A stretch of DNA of 64,000 bases from an uncultured Candidatus Rokubacteria bacterium. GTDB taxonomy: Bacteria > Methylomirabilota > Methylomirabilia > Rokubacteriales > CSP1-6. Where the stretch lies: positions 736,001 to 800,000 of the forward strand of contig CAVYTA010000006.1 in the NCBI GenBank assembly GCA_963771355.1, given 5' to 3'. A model generated the notes under the pieces. That model worked only from the letters and a program-made list of their open reading frames with translations. It did no database searches and was not told where the DNA came from. The position numbers and the translations under genes are program-made. Shown piece after piece: positions 9,941 to 20,132 of the stretch. The stretch's first letter is position 1; every line of letters starts with the position of its first letter.

Positions 9941-10911
9941 CGAGCCTCCGTCCGTCGCGCGGCACGATGGACACGCCGGAACTCGTACATGGCGCCGACG
10001 AAGCGCCAGGCGTCGAGCTCGTGATCCAGCGCGCGGATCCGGTCTCCGCGCAGTCGGGCCCAGACCGTGCCGCTCACCGCACCGGCCAGCCGCCGGAAGA
10101 GATAGCGTGGAACGCCGAAGAGGCTCGGATACGGCCGCCGCGCGAGGTAGGGCCCCGACCGGCCGGAAACGAAGTAGCGCCGGCGAAAGGCGGCGCGTGT
10201 GGTCCGCGCCGGATCGACGGGATGGTCGACCACGATGTGGGGCGCGTAGCGGATGCGTTCCCCTCCGGTCTGGAAACGCTTGAGCAGCTCGCTCTCTTCC
10301 CCGCCCATGGTCTCGAGCCCGGGCGCCGCGCCGGGTCCCAGCCGCACGTCGAAGTATCCGTGCCGCTCGAACAGCGAGCGCTCGCAGAGAAAGTTACAGC
10401 CCACCGGCCGGCGCATCGTCTCGTCGTACTCCCGCGACACGTCCCCGTAGTCGTGGATCACGATCGGGCCGAACGAGGTCGAGAGCGGCCCGCGCTCCCG
10501 GATCCAGTCCGGCGGCTCCGACGGCCAGGGCGCGAGCACCCGGCCGCCGAATACGCGACACGGGCCCGCGCCCCGGACCACCTCCTGAACGCCGACCAAG
10601 TAGCCGGGATGGACGCTCACGTCGTGGTCGAGAAACGCCACCAGCCGACCCCGCGCGGCCCGGATGGCGGTATTGAGGGCGCGTGACTTTCCGGGCGTGG
10701 GCTCCGACAGCAGCCGCGCGGGGAGGGGGGACTCCGCGAGCGCGGCCTGAATCGCGGCGAAGCGGTCCGCCGCGGAGTTGTTGTCGACGACGAGGAGCTC
10801 CCACTCGAGATCGCCGGGTTTGGCACCTTCGAGGCTCCGCAGCAGGCGGATGAGGAAGTCTGGCCGGTTGTACGTGGGGACCAGGATCGAGAGGTCCATG
10901 GAAGCGCTCAC
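9937..10911 (-). CDS. Glycosyltransferase family 2
   Basis: SILVPTYNR, VVDNNS, ALNTAI, FLDHD (DxD), GGEESE. Confidence 0.88.
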   Translation of the reverse strand: MSASMDLSILVPTYNRPDFLIRLLRSLEGAKPGDLEWELLVVDNNSAADRFAAIQAALAESPLPARLLSEPTPGKSRALNTAIRAARGRLVAFLDHDVSVHPGYLVGVQEVVRGAGPCRVFGGRVLAPWPSEPPDWIRERGPLSTSFGPIVIHDYGDVSREYDETMRRPVGCNFLCERSLFERHGYFDVRLGPGAAPGLETMGGEESELLKRFQTGGERIRYAPHIVVDHPVDPARTTRAAFRRRYFVSGRSGPYLARRPYPSLFGVPRYLFRRLAGAVSGTVWARLRGDRIRALDHELDAWRFVGAMYEFRRVHRAARRTEAR

Positions 10912-11930
10912 CGTCCGACCGTGACGCCGGGGGTCACGGGAGTGCTGGTCTCGAGCCTTGGAATGAAGGGAGTCGGGTCGAAGCTCCGGGGGGTGCCGTG
11001 GTGCTCGCGTATCGAGCCCAGGCGCATCGCGATCTCGGTGAGTCGACTGAACCGGTCGGGAGCTGTAGCCGTCAGCATTCCGACCGCCAGCGACGCCAGG
11101 TCACTGGCGAGCAACCGGACCAGATAGAGGGGCACCCCCCTCACTTCGCGCACTCCCTCGGCCCGGTGATGCCAGCGGACCCGACCCCGGCCAATCTGAT
11201 AGGCCCAGCGCAGGGCATAGCGGCGCCGCAGGCGCCGGGGATCCACGGGGTGACGCACGCTCGCGTCCGGCACGTAGCCGATGCGCTCGCCATGCTTCCG
11301 GACCCGGTACGAAAACTCCGTATCCGCCCCCGGGAAGAGCCGCGGCGGGGGCCCCATGTCCTCGCGGAGCAGGCCATAGCGTTCGAAGGCCATCCGGCGG
11401 TAGGCCATGTTCGCGCCTACCGGAGCGGGACCGATCCCGGGCCGGAGCACGAAGGGCTCTTCCCCGAGGTCATAGGCCAGCACCCCGAGCCGGCAGGCCC
11501 GGAGCGGCTCTTCCTGGGTGAACCAGCGGGGCCGCGGCGACTGCCAGGTGGCGATGACCCGTCCCGCGAAGCCAATGAGGTCGGGTTGCCGGTTCGCGGC
11601 TCGCTCCAGGTTGACGAGCCAGTGCGGGTCGATCAGGAGGTCGTCGTCGGTGAACGCCACGAGGGACCCCCGCGTGGCCTGTATCCCCGCATTGCAAGCG
11701 AAGGCCTGGCCCTGCCGCGCCTCGAACAGGGGCCGGAGGGGCAGGCTTCCCGAACGGACGAACTCCTGGAGCACCGACCCGGTATCATCCCGTGAGTGGT
11801 TATTGACCACGCACAGCTCCCACGGGCAGGTGGGGGGAATGGCGGCCCGAAGACTCTCGAGCATACGGCGCAGCGTTTCGCTGCGGTTGTAGGTCGCCAC
11901 GACCACCGAGATCACGGGCAGGGTGCTCAT
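10908..11930 (-). CDS. Glycosyltransferase family 2
   Basis: SVVVATYNR, FTDDD (DxD), GANMAYRR. Confidence 0.88.
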   Translation of the reverse strand: MSTLPVISVVVATYNRSETLRRMLESLRAAIPPTCPWELCVVNNHSRDDTGSVLQEFVRSGSLPLRPLFEARQGQAFACNAGIQATRGSLVAFTDDDLLIDPHWLVNLERAANRQPDLIGFAGRVIATWQSPRPRWFTQEEPLRACRLGVLAYDLGEEPFVLRPGIGPAPVGANMAYRRMAFERYGLLREDMGPPPRLFPGADTEFSYRVRKHGERIGYVPDASVRHPVDPRRLRRRYALRWAYQIGRGRVRWHHRAEGVREVRGVPLYLVRLLASDLASLAVGMLTATAPDRFSRLTEIAMRLGSIREHHGTPRSFDPTPFIPRLETSTPVTPGVTVGR

Positions 11931-13909
11931 CGAGCCTCCCCCCGATTATCGGACATGGACACGACTCCGGCCGCGGAAAGCCGCACCTCCCAGGCGTCGT
12001 CACCGACCTGAATGGACAGGGCGGTCTCGTCGATGAACGGGCGGCCGGTGAGGGTCCACCGTGGCTCCCGCGACCGGCCCGCCGGCTCTGGGACGAGGAG
12101 GGTCACGAAGGCGACCGTCCCCTTCCGGCGGCGATACTGCAACACCGTGCTGGGCCGGATCACCGTGGGACCGGCTTGTATCCAGGCCTGGCCGGGGCGT
12201 TCGCCGCCGCGCAACACGTCAAGCTCCAGCCCCGCGTCGAGCAGCGCCGCCACGCGGAGTCCGGGCCCTCCTGACGCGCTCTGGCACTGGACATCGAGCC
12301 CGCCGGGAACGGCCGTCAGCGCGGGCGCCAGATGCAAGTACAGCGCATAGTCGTGAGGGTTGTTCGACTGAAGGTGGTCGAGCAGGAATACCGCTCCGGA
12401 TCGGCGGCGGAACACGAGCACCCGCCGGTGGCGCACACCGGGATAGAGGGTGTGCTCGGCGTCGATGAGCACCCCGCCGGCCGCTTGCTGAGTCTTCCTG
12501 ACCCCGGCCGGCCCGATCGCCTGATCGCGTCCATCCACCGCCACCGTGTTGTGCGCGGGGGTCGACTTCAGCCACGCGCGGAACGGATACAGGCCGGGCC
12601 CCCCCGTGTCCACCACCAGATCCGCTCCGTGAGCGAAGAGCTCGAAGGACAGCACGTCGCGGTGGATGTGCGATGTCGGAAAGGTGGCCAGCCGGAGCGC
12701 CACGAAGGCACCCGCGTGCGGTTCCCCCTCGGAAGCCCAGCTGCTCCGCAGGAAGACGGAGCCGCCGTCGTGCAGGATGGCATCCAAGGCGGACGGAGCG
12801 CGTCCGGCGGAGCCTCGCGAGACGGCGTAGATGAAGGCGTCCACCGCCTCGCCGGCCCACTCGACGAGATCGTCGGGAACGACGTGGATGGGTGAGCCGG
12901 TGTTGCCATCGCCGAGCGCGGGGAGGGCGCCATCGGGTCTCAGCATGTGGGCCGAACAGAGGATCATGGCGCGCAGCCGCTCCTCGAAGTCGGCGGACAG
13001 CGGCATGCAATGCGCCCGCGCGAAGCGCGCCGCGCTGATGAACTGGAGGAGGACGTAGAGCTGGTACGCCGGAGAGTGCTCGAGGTGGGCGCCCTCGGAC
13101 GAGACGTTGTCGCGCATCTGCGCTTCGACCCGCTCCCGACCCAGCCGCATCCACTCGTGCGCCTCGGGGTGCGGGATGAGACAGACTCCCAGCGCCAGGA
13201 GGGCATAGGCCTGGGTGACGCCGTGGTTGTGCTCGGGCCGGTGAAAGCGCGGGTGCGCCAGCCTGACCGCGTGACGCTCCAAAGCCACGAAGAGCTCGCT
13301 GGCCAGAGGAGGGGAAGTGCCGGCATCCCCTTTCGAGGCCACCCAGAGCTGGCAGAAAGTGAGCGCCCTGAGCGCGGTGATGTGATCCGACCAGATCACC
13401 GCGGATCGCTCGGCGTGCAGGCACTCCCTGATCCAGCGCCGCGCAACGAGCTGGGCCGCCTCGAGGTACTCCGGCCGCGCGGTGAGCCGGAAGGCGTCCA
13501 GCAGGGTGCGAATGCTCTCGAGCGAGTGTACGCCGAGGCCGACCAGCGGAGACGCCCCGCGGGGGATCGGTGGCTCCCGCCAGGAGAGCTCCGTCAGCGG
13601 CACCGAATGCTCGGCGTCGATCGGGTAGCGCCCCGCGAGCAGCGCAGTCGCGGCCGGCGAGACCACGGCGGGGATGCGCCGGGGGAAGCGCGGCGCATCC
13701 TTGATCGGCGCGAGCCAGGCGGCACGGATCAGCGAGGGATCACCCGTGGCCTGGCCCATTTGCTCGGCCAGGCGCCAGAGCGCCTCGTGGGCCGTGGTGA
13801 GAGCGCCCCGCAGTCCTCGCGCCAGGCGCCAGGAATGGCGGCGCCCCATGTCATCGGCGGTGAGAGTTGCACCGACCAGCCAATGGTCCAGGCGCGACAG
13901 AAGGGTCAC
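11927..13909 (-). CDS. Heparinase II/III family (polysaccharide lyase-like) protein
   Basis: GTG at 13909 overlaps wzx stop (GTGA); NHG, EHSPAYQ, PALGDG, HIHRDVLSF, AHNTVAVDG motifs. Confidence 0.8.
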   Translation of the reverse strand: MTLLSRLDHWLVGATLTADDMGRRHSWRLARGLRGALTTAHEALWRLAEQMGQATGDPSLIRAAWLAPIKDAPRFPRRIPAVVSPAATALLAGRYPIDAEHSVPLTELSWREPPIPRGASPLVGLGVHSLESIRTLLDAFRLTARPEYLEAAQLVARRWIRECLHAERSAVIWSDHITALRALTFCQLWVASKGDAGTSPPLASELFVALERHAVRLAHPRFHRPEHNHGVTQAYALLALGVCLIPHPEAHEWMRLGRERVEAQMRDNVSSEGAHLEHSPAYQLYVLLQFISAARFARAHCMPLSADFEERLRAMILCSAHMLRPDGALPALGDGNTGSPIHVVPDDLVEWAGEAVDAFIYAVSRGSAGRAPSALDAILHDGGSVFLRSSWASEGEPHAGAFVALRLATFPTSHIHRDVLSFELFAHGADLVVDTGGPGLYPFRAWLKSTPAHNTVAVDGRDQAIGPAGVRKTQQAAGGVLIDAEHTLYPGVRHRRVLVFRRRSGAVFLLDHLQSNNPHDYALYLHLAPALTAVPGGLDVQCQSASGGPGLRVAALLDAGLELDVLRGGERPGQAWIQAGPTVIRPSTVLQYRRRKGTVAFVTLLVPEPAGRSREPRWTLTGRPFIDETALSIQVGDDAWEVRLSAAGVVSMSDNRGEAR

Positions 13910-15381
13910 GCGTCCGCCTTGCGCGTGCTGCGCCACGGCAGCATCTCCAGCAGGATTCCACGCAGCTCCCGGCCGAAGCTCCGGTCGAAGAGGAGGAGCA
14001 GGGTGCCGTAGGCCACCGCGCCCGCACCGACGGAGAGAGCCAGCCGCTCGACACTCCCGGGCAGACCGGGGACGAAGGGCTGCACCAGCAGCACCACGGC
14101 CGTCATCCCGAGCGCCGCTACCACCGGCGACGCGATGGTCCCGAGGTATTCTCCCACCGGGACCTTGATCTCCCGCAGGCTGAGCCACAGGAGGACGGCG
14201 CGGACCACGATGAAGCTCCCGAACCAGGCGATCGCCACCCCGAGGAGCCCCCAGTGCGAACCCACGAAGTACGCCAGGGTCATCACCGATGCGTGGAACA
14301 TCGCGAGTCGCACGAGCATCTTGGACTTCCCGCGGGCGGTGAGCAGCGGCGTGGAGGGCAGCGGCATGATGTCCAGGATTCCCCCCACCGCGAAGATCTG
14401 GACGAAGGGCACGATGGCCAGCCACTTCACCGTCAAGAGCAGGAGGACCATGTCCTGCGCTACCAGCGCCATACCCAGCTGGAGCGGGATCGCGATGGCG
14501 GCCAGGTACTTGCTGAGCTTGAGGAAGTGGCGCCGGAGGTAGGCGTCGTCGTGCTGGAGCTTGGAGAACACCGGAAGGGACAGCTGGTTGAGCACGGACG
14601 TCGACACCTTGTGGAGCGGATTCCGCTTTCCCAGGGAGCCGGCCATCGAGTAGATGCCGAGGTCGCCCGCCCCGAGGGAGCGCGCGAGGATGCCCGTCTG
14701 CACCGTCCCCGACAGGACGTGGATCACATGGGAGCCGGTGATCCGCAGGCCGAAGGCCACGATCTCGCGCATCTTCTCGAAGCTCACCTCGAATCCCGGC
14801 CACCAGCGGCAGGCCAGCGCCATCCCGATGCTCCGGACAAAGGACCGGACGAGGTGGGCCACCACCAGCGCCCAGAAGGCGAAGCCGAGATAGCCCATCA
14901 CGAGCGCCACCAGCGAGGACACCACCACCGCGCCCGCCTCGGCGAGCGAGCGGCCCCGGAACTCGATCTCCTTGGTGAGCAGGTTGTACGGCACCATGCC
15001 GAACGAATCGAAGATGAACGAGAGGGCCAGCAGCCGCACCATCCAGATCAGCCGGGGCTCGCTGTACACATGCGCGGCCACGGTGGCGGCCACGGTGGCG
15101 ACCAGCGCGATGCCCACGCTCAGCGCGAGCATGGTCCAGAAGATGGCGTTATGGTGCCGGCGCTTCAGATCCTGGCGCTGCACGATGGCCACGCCGAGCC
15201 CGAAGCTCTGCAGGAGCTCGAGCACCGCGACCACCGACAGGGCCATGGCGAAGAGCCCGTAGTCCTTCGGCATGAGCAGCCGTGCGAGGAGGATGCCCAC
15301 GCCCCACTGCAGCACGCCCATCCACACCCGGGTGGTGGCGTACCACGCGGCGGACTTGATCATCCGGTTGCGCAAGGTCAC
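13906..15381 (-). CDS. wzx: Wzx-type polysaccharide flippase (MOP superfamily)
   Basis: LARLLMPKDYGL, FGLGVAIVQ and many hydrophobic TM segments over 491 aa. Confidence 0.85.
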   Translation of the reverse strand: MTLRNRMIKSAAWYATTRVWMGVLQWGVGILLARLLMPKDYGLFAMALSVVAVLELLQSFGLGVAIVQRQDLKRRHHNAIFWTMLALSVGIALVATVAATVAAHVYSEPRLIWMVRLLALSFIFDSFGMVPYNLLTKEIEFRGRSLAEAGAVVVSSLVALVMGYLGFAFWALVVAHLVRSFVRSIGMALACRWWPGFEVSFEKMREIVAFGLRITGSHVIHVLSGTVQTGILARSLGAGDLGIYSMAGSLGKRNPLHKVSTSVLNQLSLPVFSKLQHDDAYLRRHFLKLSKYLAAIAIPLQLGMALVAQDMVLLLLTVKWLAIVPFVQIFAVGGILDIMPLPSTPLLTARGKSKMLVRLAMFHASVMTLAYFVGSHWGLLGVAIAWFGSFIVVRAVLLWLSLREIKVPVGEYLGTIASPVVAALGMTAVVLLVQPFVPGLPGSVERLALSVGAGAVAYGTLLLLFDRSFGRELRGILLEMLPWRSTRKADA

Positions 15382-15418
15382 CGCGCCACCGCTCCTCTGG
15401 TCGAGCGCATCGTGGCCG

Positions 15419-17257
15419 CTACTCGACCGTCACGCTCTTGGCGAGGTTGCGCGGCTGATCGACGTCGAGACCCCGCAGCGCGGCGATGTGATAGGCGAGC
15501 AGCTGAAGCGGCACCGCGCTCACCAGAGGGGCGACGAGATCGGGGGCGGCGGGGATGGTGAGGATGTCGGAGGCGACGCGGCGCGCCTCCTGGTCGCCGG
15601 GGTGGCAGATCGCGATCACGCGACCATCGCGGGCGCGCACCTCCTGGAGATTGCCCATCATCCGCTCGTAGGAGCCGTCGCGGGGCACCAGCGCCACCAC
15701 CGGCATGGACTCATCGATGAGGGCGATGGGGCCGTGCTTCATCTCCCCGGCGGCGTAGCCTTCCGCGTGGATGTACGAGATCTCCTTGAGCTTCAGCGCG
15801 CCCTCCAGGGCGATCGGGAAGTGGAGGCCGCGCCCCAGGTACAGGAAGTTGGGATAGTGCGCGAGGTCGCGGGCCAGCGCCGCCACCGCACCATCCACCG
15901 CGAGCGCTTCCTCGATGAAGCGCGGCGCTTCCATGATCTCCTCCGCCCGTTTGCGGGCATCGGCGTCACTGAGATAGCCGCGCCGCTCGCCCAGCGCGAG
16001 CGCGACGAGGTAACAGGCGGTGATGGTGGTGGTGAAGGTCTTGGTAGAGGCCACGCCGATCTCGGGTCCGGCATGCGTATAGACTACGCCTCCCGCCTCG
16101 CGAGCGATGGCCGAACCCACCACGTTGGTGATGGCGAGCACGGGCGCCTGCCGGGCGCGCGCGGCCTTGACCGCGCCGAGGGTGTCCGCCGTCTCCCCGG
16201 ACTGGGAGATGGCGATGACCAGGGTCCGGTGATCCAGGACGAGGTCGCGATACCGGAACTCCGAGGCGATATCCACCTCCGCGGGCAGGCCGGCCAGCCG
16301 CTCGATCATGAAGCGGCCCACCAGGGCCGCATGGTACGACGTTCCGCAGGCGACGAGCACCACCCGGTCCAGCCGGTTGGCCAGGCCCGCGTCCAGGTGC
16401 GCCTCCGGCAACGACACCGCGGCGCCGTCGACGAGGAGCCGGCCCCGCAGGGTGTCCGCCACCGCGCGCGGCTGCTCGTGGATCTCCTTCAGCATGAAGT
16501 GACGATATCCACCCTTCTGCGCCGCCGTCGCGTCCCACTCGATCCGGGAAGAGGCCCGCTCGATGCGCCGCCCGTCGAGGGTCATCAGCTCGGCGCCCTG
16601 GCGGGTGATGCGCGCGACCTCGCCGTCCTCCAGAATCACCACGTCCCGCGTATACGGGAGGAGGGCGGGGATATCGGAGGCCAGGAAGGTCTCACCCCGG
16701 CCGAGCCCGACCACCACGCTCCCGCCCCCCAGCTTGGCCGCGACCAGCTCGTCCGGGCACGCGGTGGAGATCACCGCCACCGCGTACGCCCCCCGCAGCT
16801 CGCCGAGGGCGGCGCGGCAGGCGTCGCGAAGATCGAGTCCCGCGCGGAGGTGGTCCTCCAGAAGATGCGCGATCACCTCGGTATCGGTCTCGGAGCGGAA
16901 CCGGTGCCCGTCGGCCAGGAGCCGCTCCTTGATGGTCGCATAGTTCTCGATGATCCCGTTGTGGACGACCACCAGCGAGTCGGTGCAGTCGGCATGCGGG
17001 TGCGAATTGGCCTCGGAGGGGCGCCCATGCGTGGCCCAGCGGGTATGGCCGAGCCCGGCCTTGCCCATCGCGGGCTCGCGCTCCAGGCGCGCTTCGAGGT
17101 TGCCGATCTTGCCCAGGCTCCGCCGGATGATCAGTTCCCCGCCGTCGAGCACCGCGAGCCCCGCCGAGTCGTAGCCGCGGTACTCGAGCCGCTTTAGCCC
17201 GTCGAGAATGACCTCGGAGGCATTCCGCTCTCCGAGATAGCCGACAATTCCACACAT
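15419..17257 (-). CDS. glmS: Glutamine--fructose-6-phosphate aminotransferase
   Basis: MCGIVG start, RGYDSAG, GHTRWATHG, SQSGETAD, C-terminal PRNLAKSVTVE. Confidence 0.97.
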   Translation of the reverse strand: MCGIVGYLGERNASEVILDGLKRLEYRGYDSAGLAVLDGGELIIRRSLGKIGNLEARLEREPAMGKAGLGHTRWATHGRPSEANSHPHADCTDSLVVVHNGIIENYATIKERLLADGHRFRSETDTEVIAHLLEDHLRAGLDLRDACRAALGELRGAYAVAVISTACPDELVAAKLGGGSVVVGLGRGETFLASDIPALLPYTRDVVILEDGEVARITRQGAELMTLDGRRIERASSRIEWDATAAQKGGYRHFMLKEIHEQPRAVADTLRGRLLVDGAAVSLPEAHLDAGLANRLDRVVLVACGTSYHAALVGRFMIERLAGLPAEVDIASEFRYRDLVLDHRTLVIAISQSGETADTLGAVKAARARQAPVLAITNVVGSAIAREAGGVVYTHAGPEIGVASTKTFTTTITACYLVALALGERRGYLSDADARKRAEEIMEAPRFIEEALAVDGAVAALARDLAHYPNFLYLGRGLHFPIALEGALKLKEISYIHAEGYAAGEMKHGPIALIDESMPVVALVPRDGSYERMMGNLQEVRARDGRVIAICHPGDQEARRVASDILTIPAAPDLVAPLVSAVPLQLLAYHIAALRGLDVDQPRNLAKSVTVE

Positions 17258-17274
17258 GGGGGTCTCCGTTCCTC

Positions 17275-18285
17275 TCAGGGCCGCGCCAGGCGGTACCACG
17301 CCAGCTTGAGGGCGAACGTGGGGAGGTGGTGCTCCCACGGTCCGCCCCGGCGGAGCTCCCAGGGATTGGTGGTCGGGGTATTGAGGCCGAAACGGGTGGT
17401 GACGGCACAGGTGAAGCCGGCTTCCCGTACCAGCTGCTTGATGGTCTCCGTGTAGTCCTCGGCACCGCCGTTGGGATACGCGAAGGCGCGCGGAGAGGCC
17501 CCGCAGGCGGACTCGATCATGGTGCGCGACCCGAGGATCTCGGTCCAGGCCCGCTGCGGGCTTACCCGCGACAGGATGGGATGGTTTACGGTATGGGCAC
17601 CCACCTGCCAGCCGAGCCCAGACAGCGCGTGCACGTCATCCCAGGACAGCATCAGGTTCTTGAAGCACCGCTGGTCGGTGACCCCCAGCGCGGTCAGGAG
17701 CGCGTCGAGGTCCCGGCGCCGCCCCTCGTCCGGCAGTCGTTTGAATCGGTCGAGCGTGCGAGCCATGGCGTGGAGCCGTACCGCTACGCTCCCGAGATCC
17801 AAATCCTCGCCCCAGGGGGTATGCACCGCGTCGAGCGTGGACTTCTTGAAGCCCTGCGCGAGGCGGTCGAACCACGGCACTTCCGCGGTGCCGATGAACC
17901 CAGTGGCGAGGAAGATGGTGGCGGGCAGCCCGAGCCGGGCCAGGATGGGCGCGGCATGGGTGAGGTTGTCGCGATAGCCGTCGTCGAAGGTGATGGCGAG
18001 CGCGTTCCGAGGCAGTCCGCCCCGACGCAGCTGCTCGACGAGGTCCGTCAGAGGCAGGACGCGGTAGGCGCGGGCCACGTGCGTCATCTGTTCCTCGAAT
18101 ACAGGCGTGGGCAGCGCGGAGAAGAACGGATCGCCGTCGTCGTTGACCCGGTGCAAGGTCAGGATCTGGAACGCCGGGTCGCGGTGCACCCGGCCGGCGG
18201 CCCAGGTCAAGGGCGTGGTGAGGCCGGCGCCGTACAGGCCGGCCGCGGCCGCGCGTACCACCGCGCCCCGGGACGGCCCCTTCAT
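17275..18285 (-). CDS. Polysaccharide deacetylase (CE4)
   Basis: ATG at 18285 (ATGA overlap); ITFDDGY, GAHTVNH, FAYPNG. Confidence 0.88.
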   Translation of the reverse strand: MKGPSRGAVVRAAAAGLYGAGLTTPLTWAAGRVHRDPAFQILTLHRVNDDGDPFFSALPTPVFEEQMTHVARAYRVLPLTDLVEQLRRGGLPRNALAITFDDGYRDNLTHAAPILARLGLPATIFLATGFIGTAEVPWFDRLAQGFKKSTLDAVHTPWGEDLDLGSVAVRLHAMARTLDRFKRLPDEGRRRDLDALLTALGVTDQRCFKNLMLSWDDVHALSGLGWQVGAHTVNHPILSRVSPQRAWTEILGSRTMIESACGASPRAFAYPNGGAEDYTETIKQLVREAGFTCAVTTRFGLNTPTTNPWELRRGGPWEHHLPTFALKLAWYRLARP

Positions 18286-20132
18286 GCCGCGCGGCCCTCC
18301 ACGTGCCGGCGATACCAGAGGTACAGCATCAGCACGTTCCAGAGCTGATCCCCGTAATACGGGGTCGAATCGGCGCCATGCAACTCGAACAGGCGTTCCA
18401 GCCCCTCCGGTCGGAAGAAACCGAGCCCTCGCGCCCACGGCGACAGCAGAGTTTCACGCGCGAGGTCCCGGAAGCCCGGGTGGTCGCGGAGCCAGTCGCT
18501 CGTCGGCACGCCGAAGCCGTGCTTGCGCTTGGCCAGGATCTCGGCGGGGAGCAGCTCGCCGAAGGCACGCTTGAAGAGGTATCGCTTCTCCATCCCCCGG
18601 ACCTTGAAATCGGCGGGCAGCGTCCCGGTGAACTCCACCAGGAGCCGGTCGAGGAAGGGAAAGCGGACGCCGACTCCCGCGAGCTCCGCCGTCCGCGTCA
18701 CCTTGAGCAGATCGTTGTCGGCCAGGGTGAGCTTCATGTCCATGTACATGATCCGGTTCAGCTCGCTGGTGGCTCGGACGCGGCCGAAGTGCTCCTCCAC
18801 CACGCGCCAGGGCGCCTGGAGATCGCAGGCGCGGAGGAAGTCCGGGGCGAGATAGCGCTGTCCCTCGCCGGCGAAGTAGAACCGGTACGAGTAGAGTCGC
18901 CGCGGGTTCGGGATATTGGCGCGGCGGACATAGCGCTGCGCCTTTCCGACCGGCGTGCCGGCACCGTCGGGGAAGAGCCGGAGGGCGGGCTCGATGAGGC
19001 CACGGCGGACGAAGGCGGGGACGCGCTGATATCGCGCGAAGATCCGGTCGCTCGCGTAGCGCTCGTTGCCGCCGAAGATCTCGTCGCCGCCGTCCCCGGC
19101 CAAAAGCCGGGAAACTCCGGAGTCGCGGGCGAGCTTGGCGCAGAAGTAGGTCCCGATGGCCGAGTTGTTTCCGAACGGCTCGTCGTACGCCTCGACGAGG
19201 CGGGGGAGCAGCCCCAGCGCCTCTTCCGGGGTGATGATGTGCTTGTAGTGGGCGGCGCCGAACTTCTGCGCGGCGAGGTCGGCGTAGTGCAGCTCGTCGT
19301 AGCGCGCCTCGCGGAATCCGATGGAGAAGGCGTTGACCCGCTCGCCGCTGAGCCGGGCCATATAGCCGAGCACCGTGCTGCTGTCGGTGCCGCCGGAGAG
19401 AAACGCGCCCGTCTCCTTGACCGGCGCGCCGGTCAGGGCCGCGGCCACTGATTCCTCCACCATCTGCCGGGTCGCCGTCTCGCCCTCGCGCCGGCCGAGG
19501 CGACGCTCGGGATACTCCACGTCCCAGTACGGCGAGGACGACGCCTCGCCGTTCCGGATGGTGAGGAGGTGGCCCGGGGGGAGCCGTTGTATGCCCTCGA
19601 AGGCGGAGCCGGGCGCGGGGACGAATCCGAAATTGAGATAGTCGTACACCATCCCCGGGGCCACCGTGGCCCGAACGCCGGGCACCGCCAGGAGTGCGCT
19701 GGGCCTGCTTGCGAAGGCCACGCCGTCGGGCGTCGTCGCATAGTAGAGCCGCCGCATCCCGAAATGGTCCACCGCGAGCCAGACGGCGCCCTGCCGGGGA
19801 TCCCAGAGCGCCACCGCGAAAGCTCCGCGTAGGCGGCGAAGGCCCTGCCAGCCCTCGAGCTCGAACAGCCGCGCCAGCACCTCGTAGACGACGGTCAACC
19901 CGGTGAGGGCGCGCAGCTCGGCGAGATTCACCAGGTCCAGATCGGCGGCGGCAACGGTGGCCTCGGTGCGCTTGGGCGGCTTGGCACCCGCGGCGGTGAA
20001 GAAGCCCACCGGCCCGGTGGCGATGGTGAGCGGCTCCCCGGAGCCGGGCACGCGTGCGGCCATGGCCTCGAGCAGCGGGCGGCCCACGGGGCGCGCCCGA
20101 TCGCGGTGGACGAGTCCTCCGAGAAGGCTCAT
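18282..20132 (-). CDS. Asparagine synthetase-like amidotransferase lacking the N-terminal catalytic Cys
   Basis: ATG at 20132 (MSLLGG; ATGA overlap); LSGGTDSS, GDGGDEIFGG, RFPFLD, KHGFGVP. Confidence 0.85.
   Translation of the reverse strand: MSLLGGLVHRDRARPVGRPLLEAMAARVPGSGEPLTIATGPVGFFTAAGAKPPKRTEATVAAADLDLVNLAELRALTGLTVVYEVLARLFELEGWQGLRRLRGAFAVALWDPRQGAVWLAVDHFGMRRLYYATTPDGVAFASRPSALLAVPGVRATVAPGMVYDYLNFGFVPAPGSAFEGIQRLPPGHLLTIRNGEASSSPYWDVEYPERRLGRREGETATRQMVEESVAAALTGAPVKETGAFLSGGTDSSTVLGYMARLSGERVNAFSIGFREARYDELHYADLAAQKFGAAHYKHIITPEEALGLLPRLVEAYDEPFGNNSAIGTYFCAKLARDSGVSRLLAGDGGDEIFGGNERYASDRIFARYQRVPAFVRRGLIEPALRLFPDGAGTPVGKAQRYVRRANIPNPRRLYSYRFYFAGEGQRYLAPDFLRACDLQAPWRVVEEHFGRVRATSELNRIMYMDMKLTLADNDLLKVTRTAELAGVGVRFPFLDRLLVEFTGTLPADFKVRGMEKRYLFKRAFGELLPAEILAKRKHGFGVPTSDWLRDHPGFRDLARETLLSPWARGLGFFRPEGLERLFELHGADSTPYYGDQLWNVLMLYLWYRRHVEGRAA

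Noticed and set aside
13910..14803. N-terminal extension of the 958-aa ORF 11927..14803
   Set aside because: Overlaps wzx in another frame with Arg/Pro/Gly-rich composition; a GTG at 13909 coupled to the wzx stop is the better start
17258..17274. glmS ribozyme
   Set aside because: Only 17 nt between the upstream stop and the glmS ATG
18282..20132. Lasso peptide cyclase (Cys-less AsnB fold)
   Set aside because: No precursor peptide, PqqD/RRE or B2 protease nearby; the context is entirely polysaccharide
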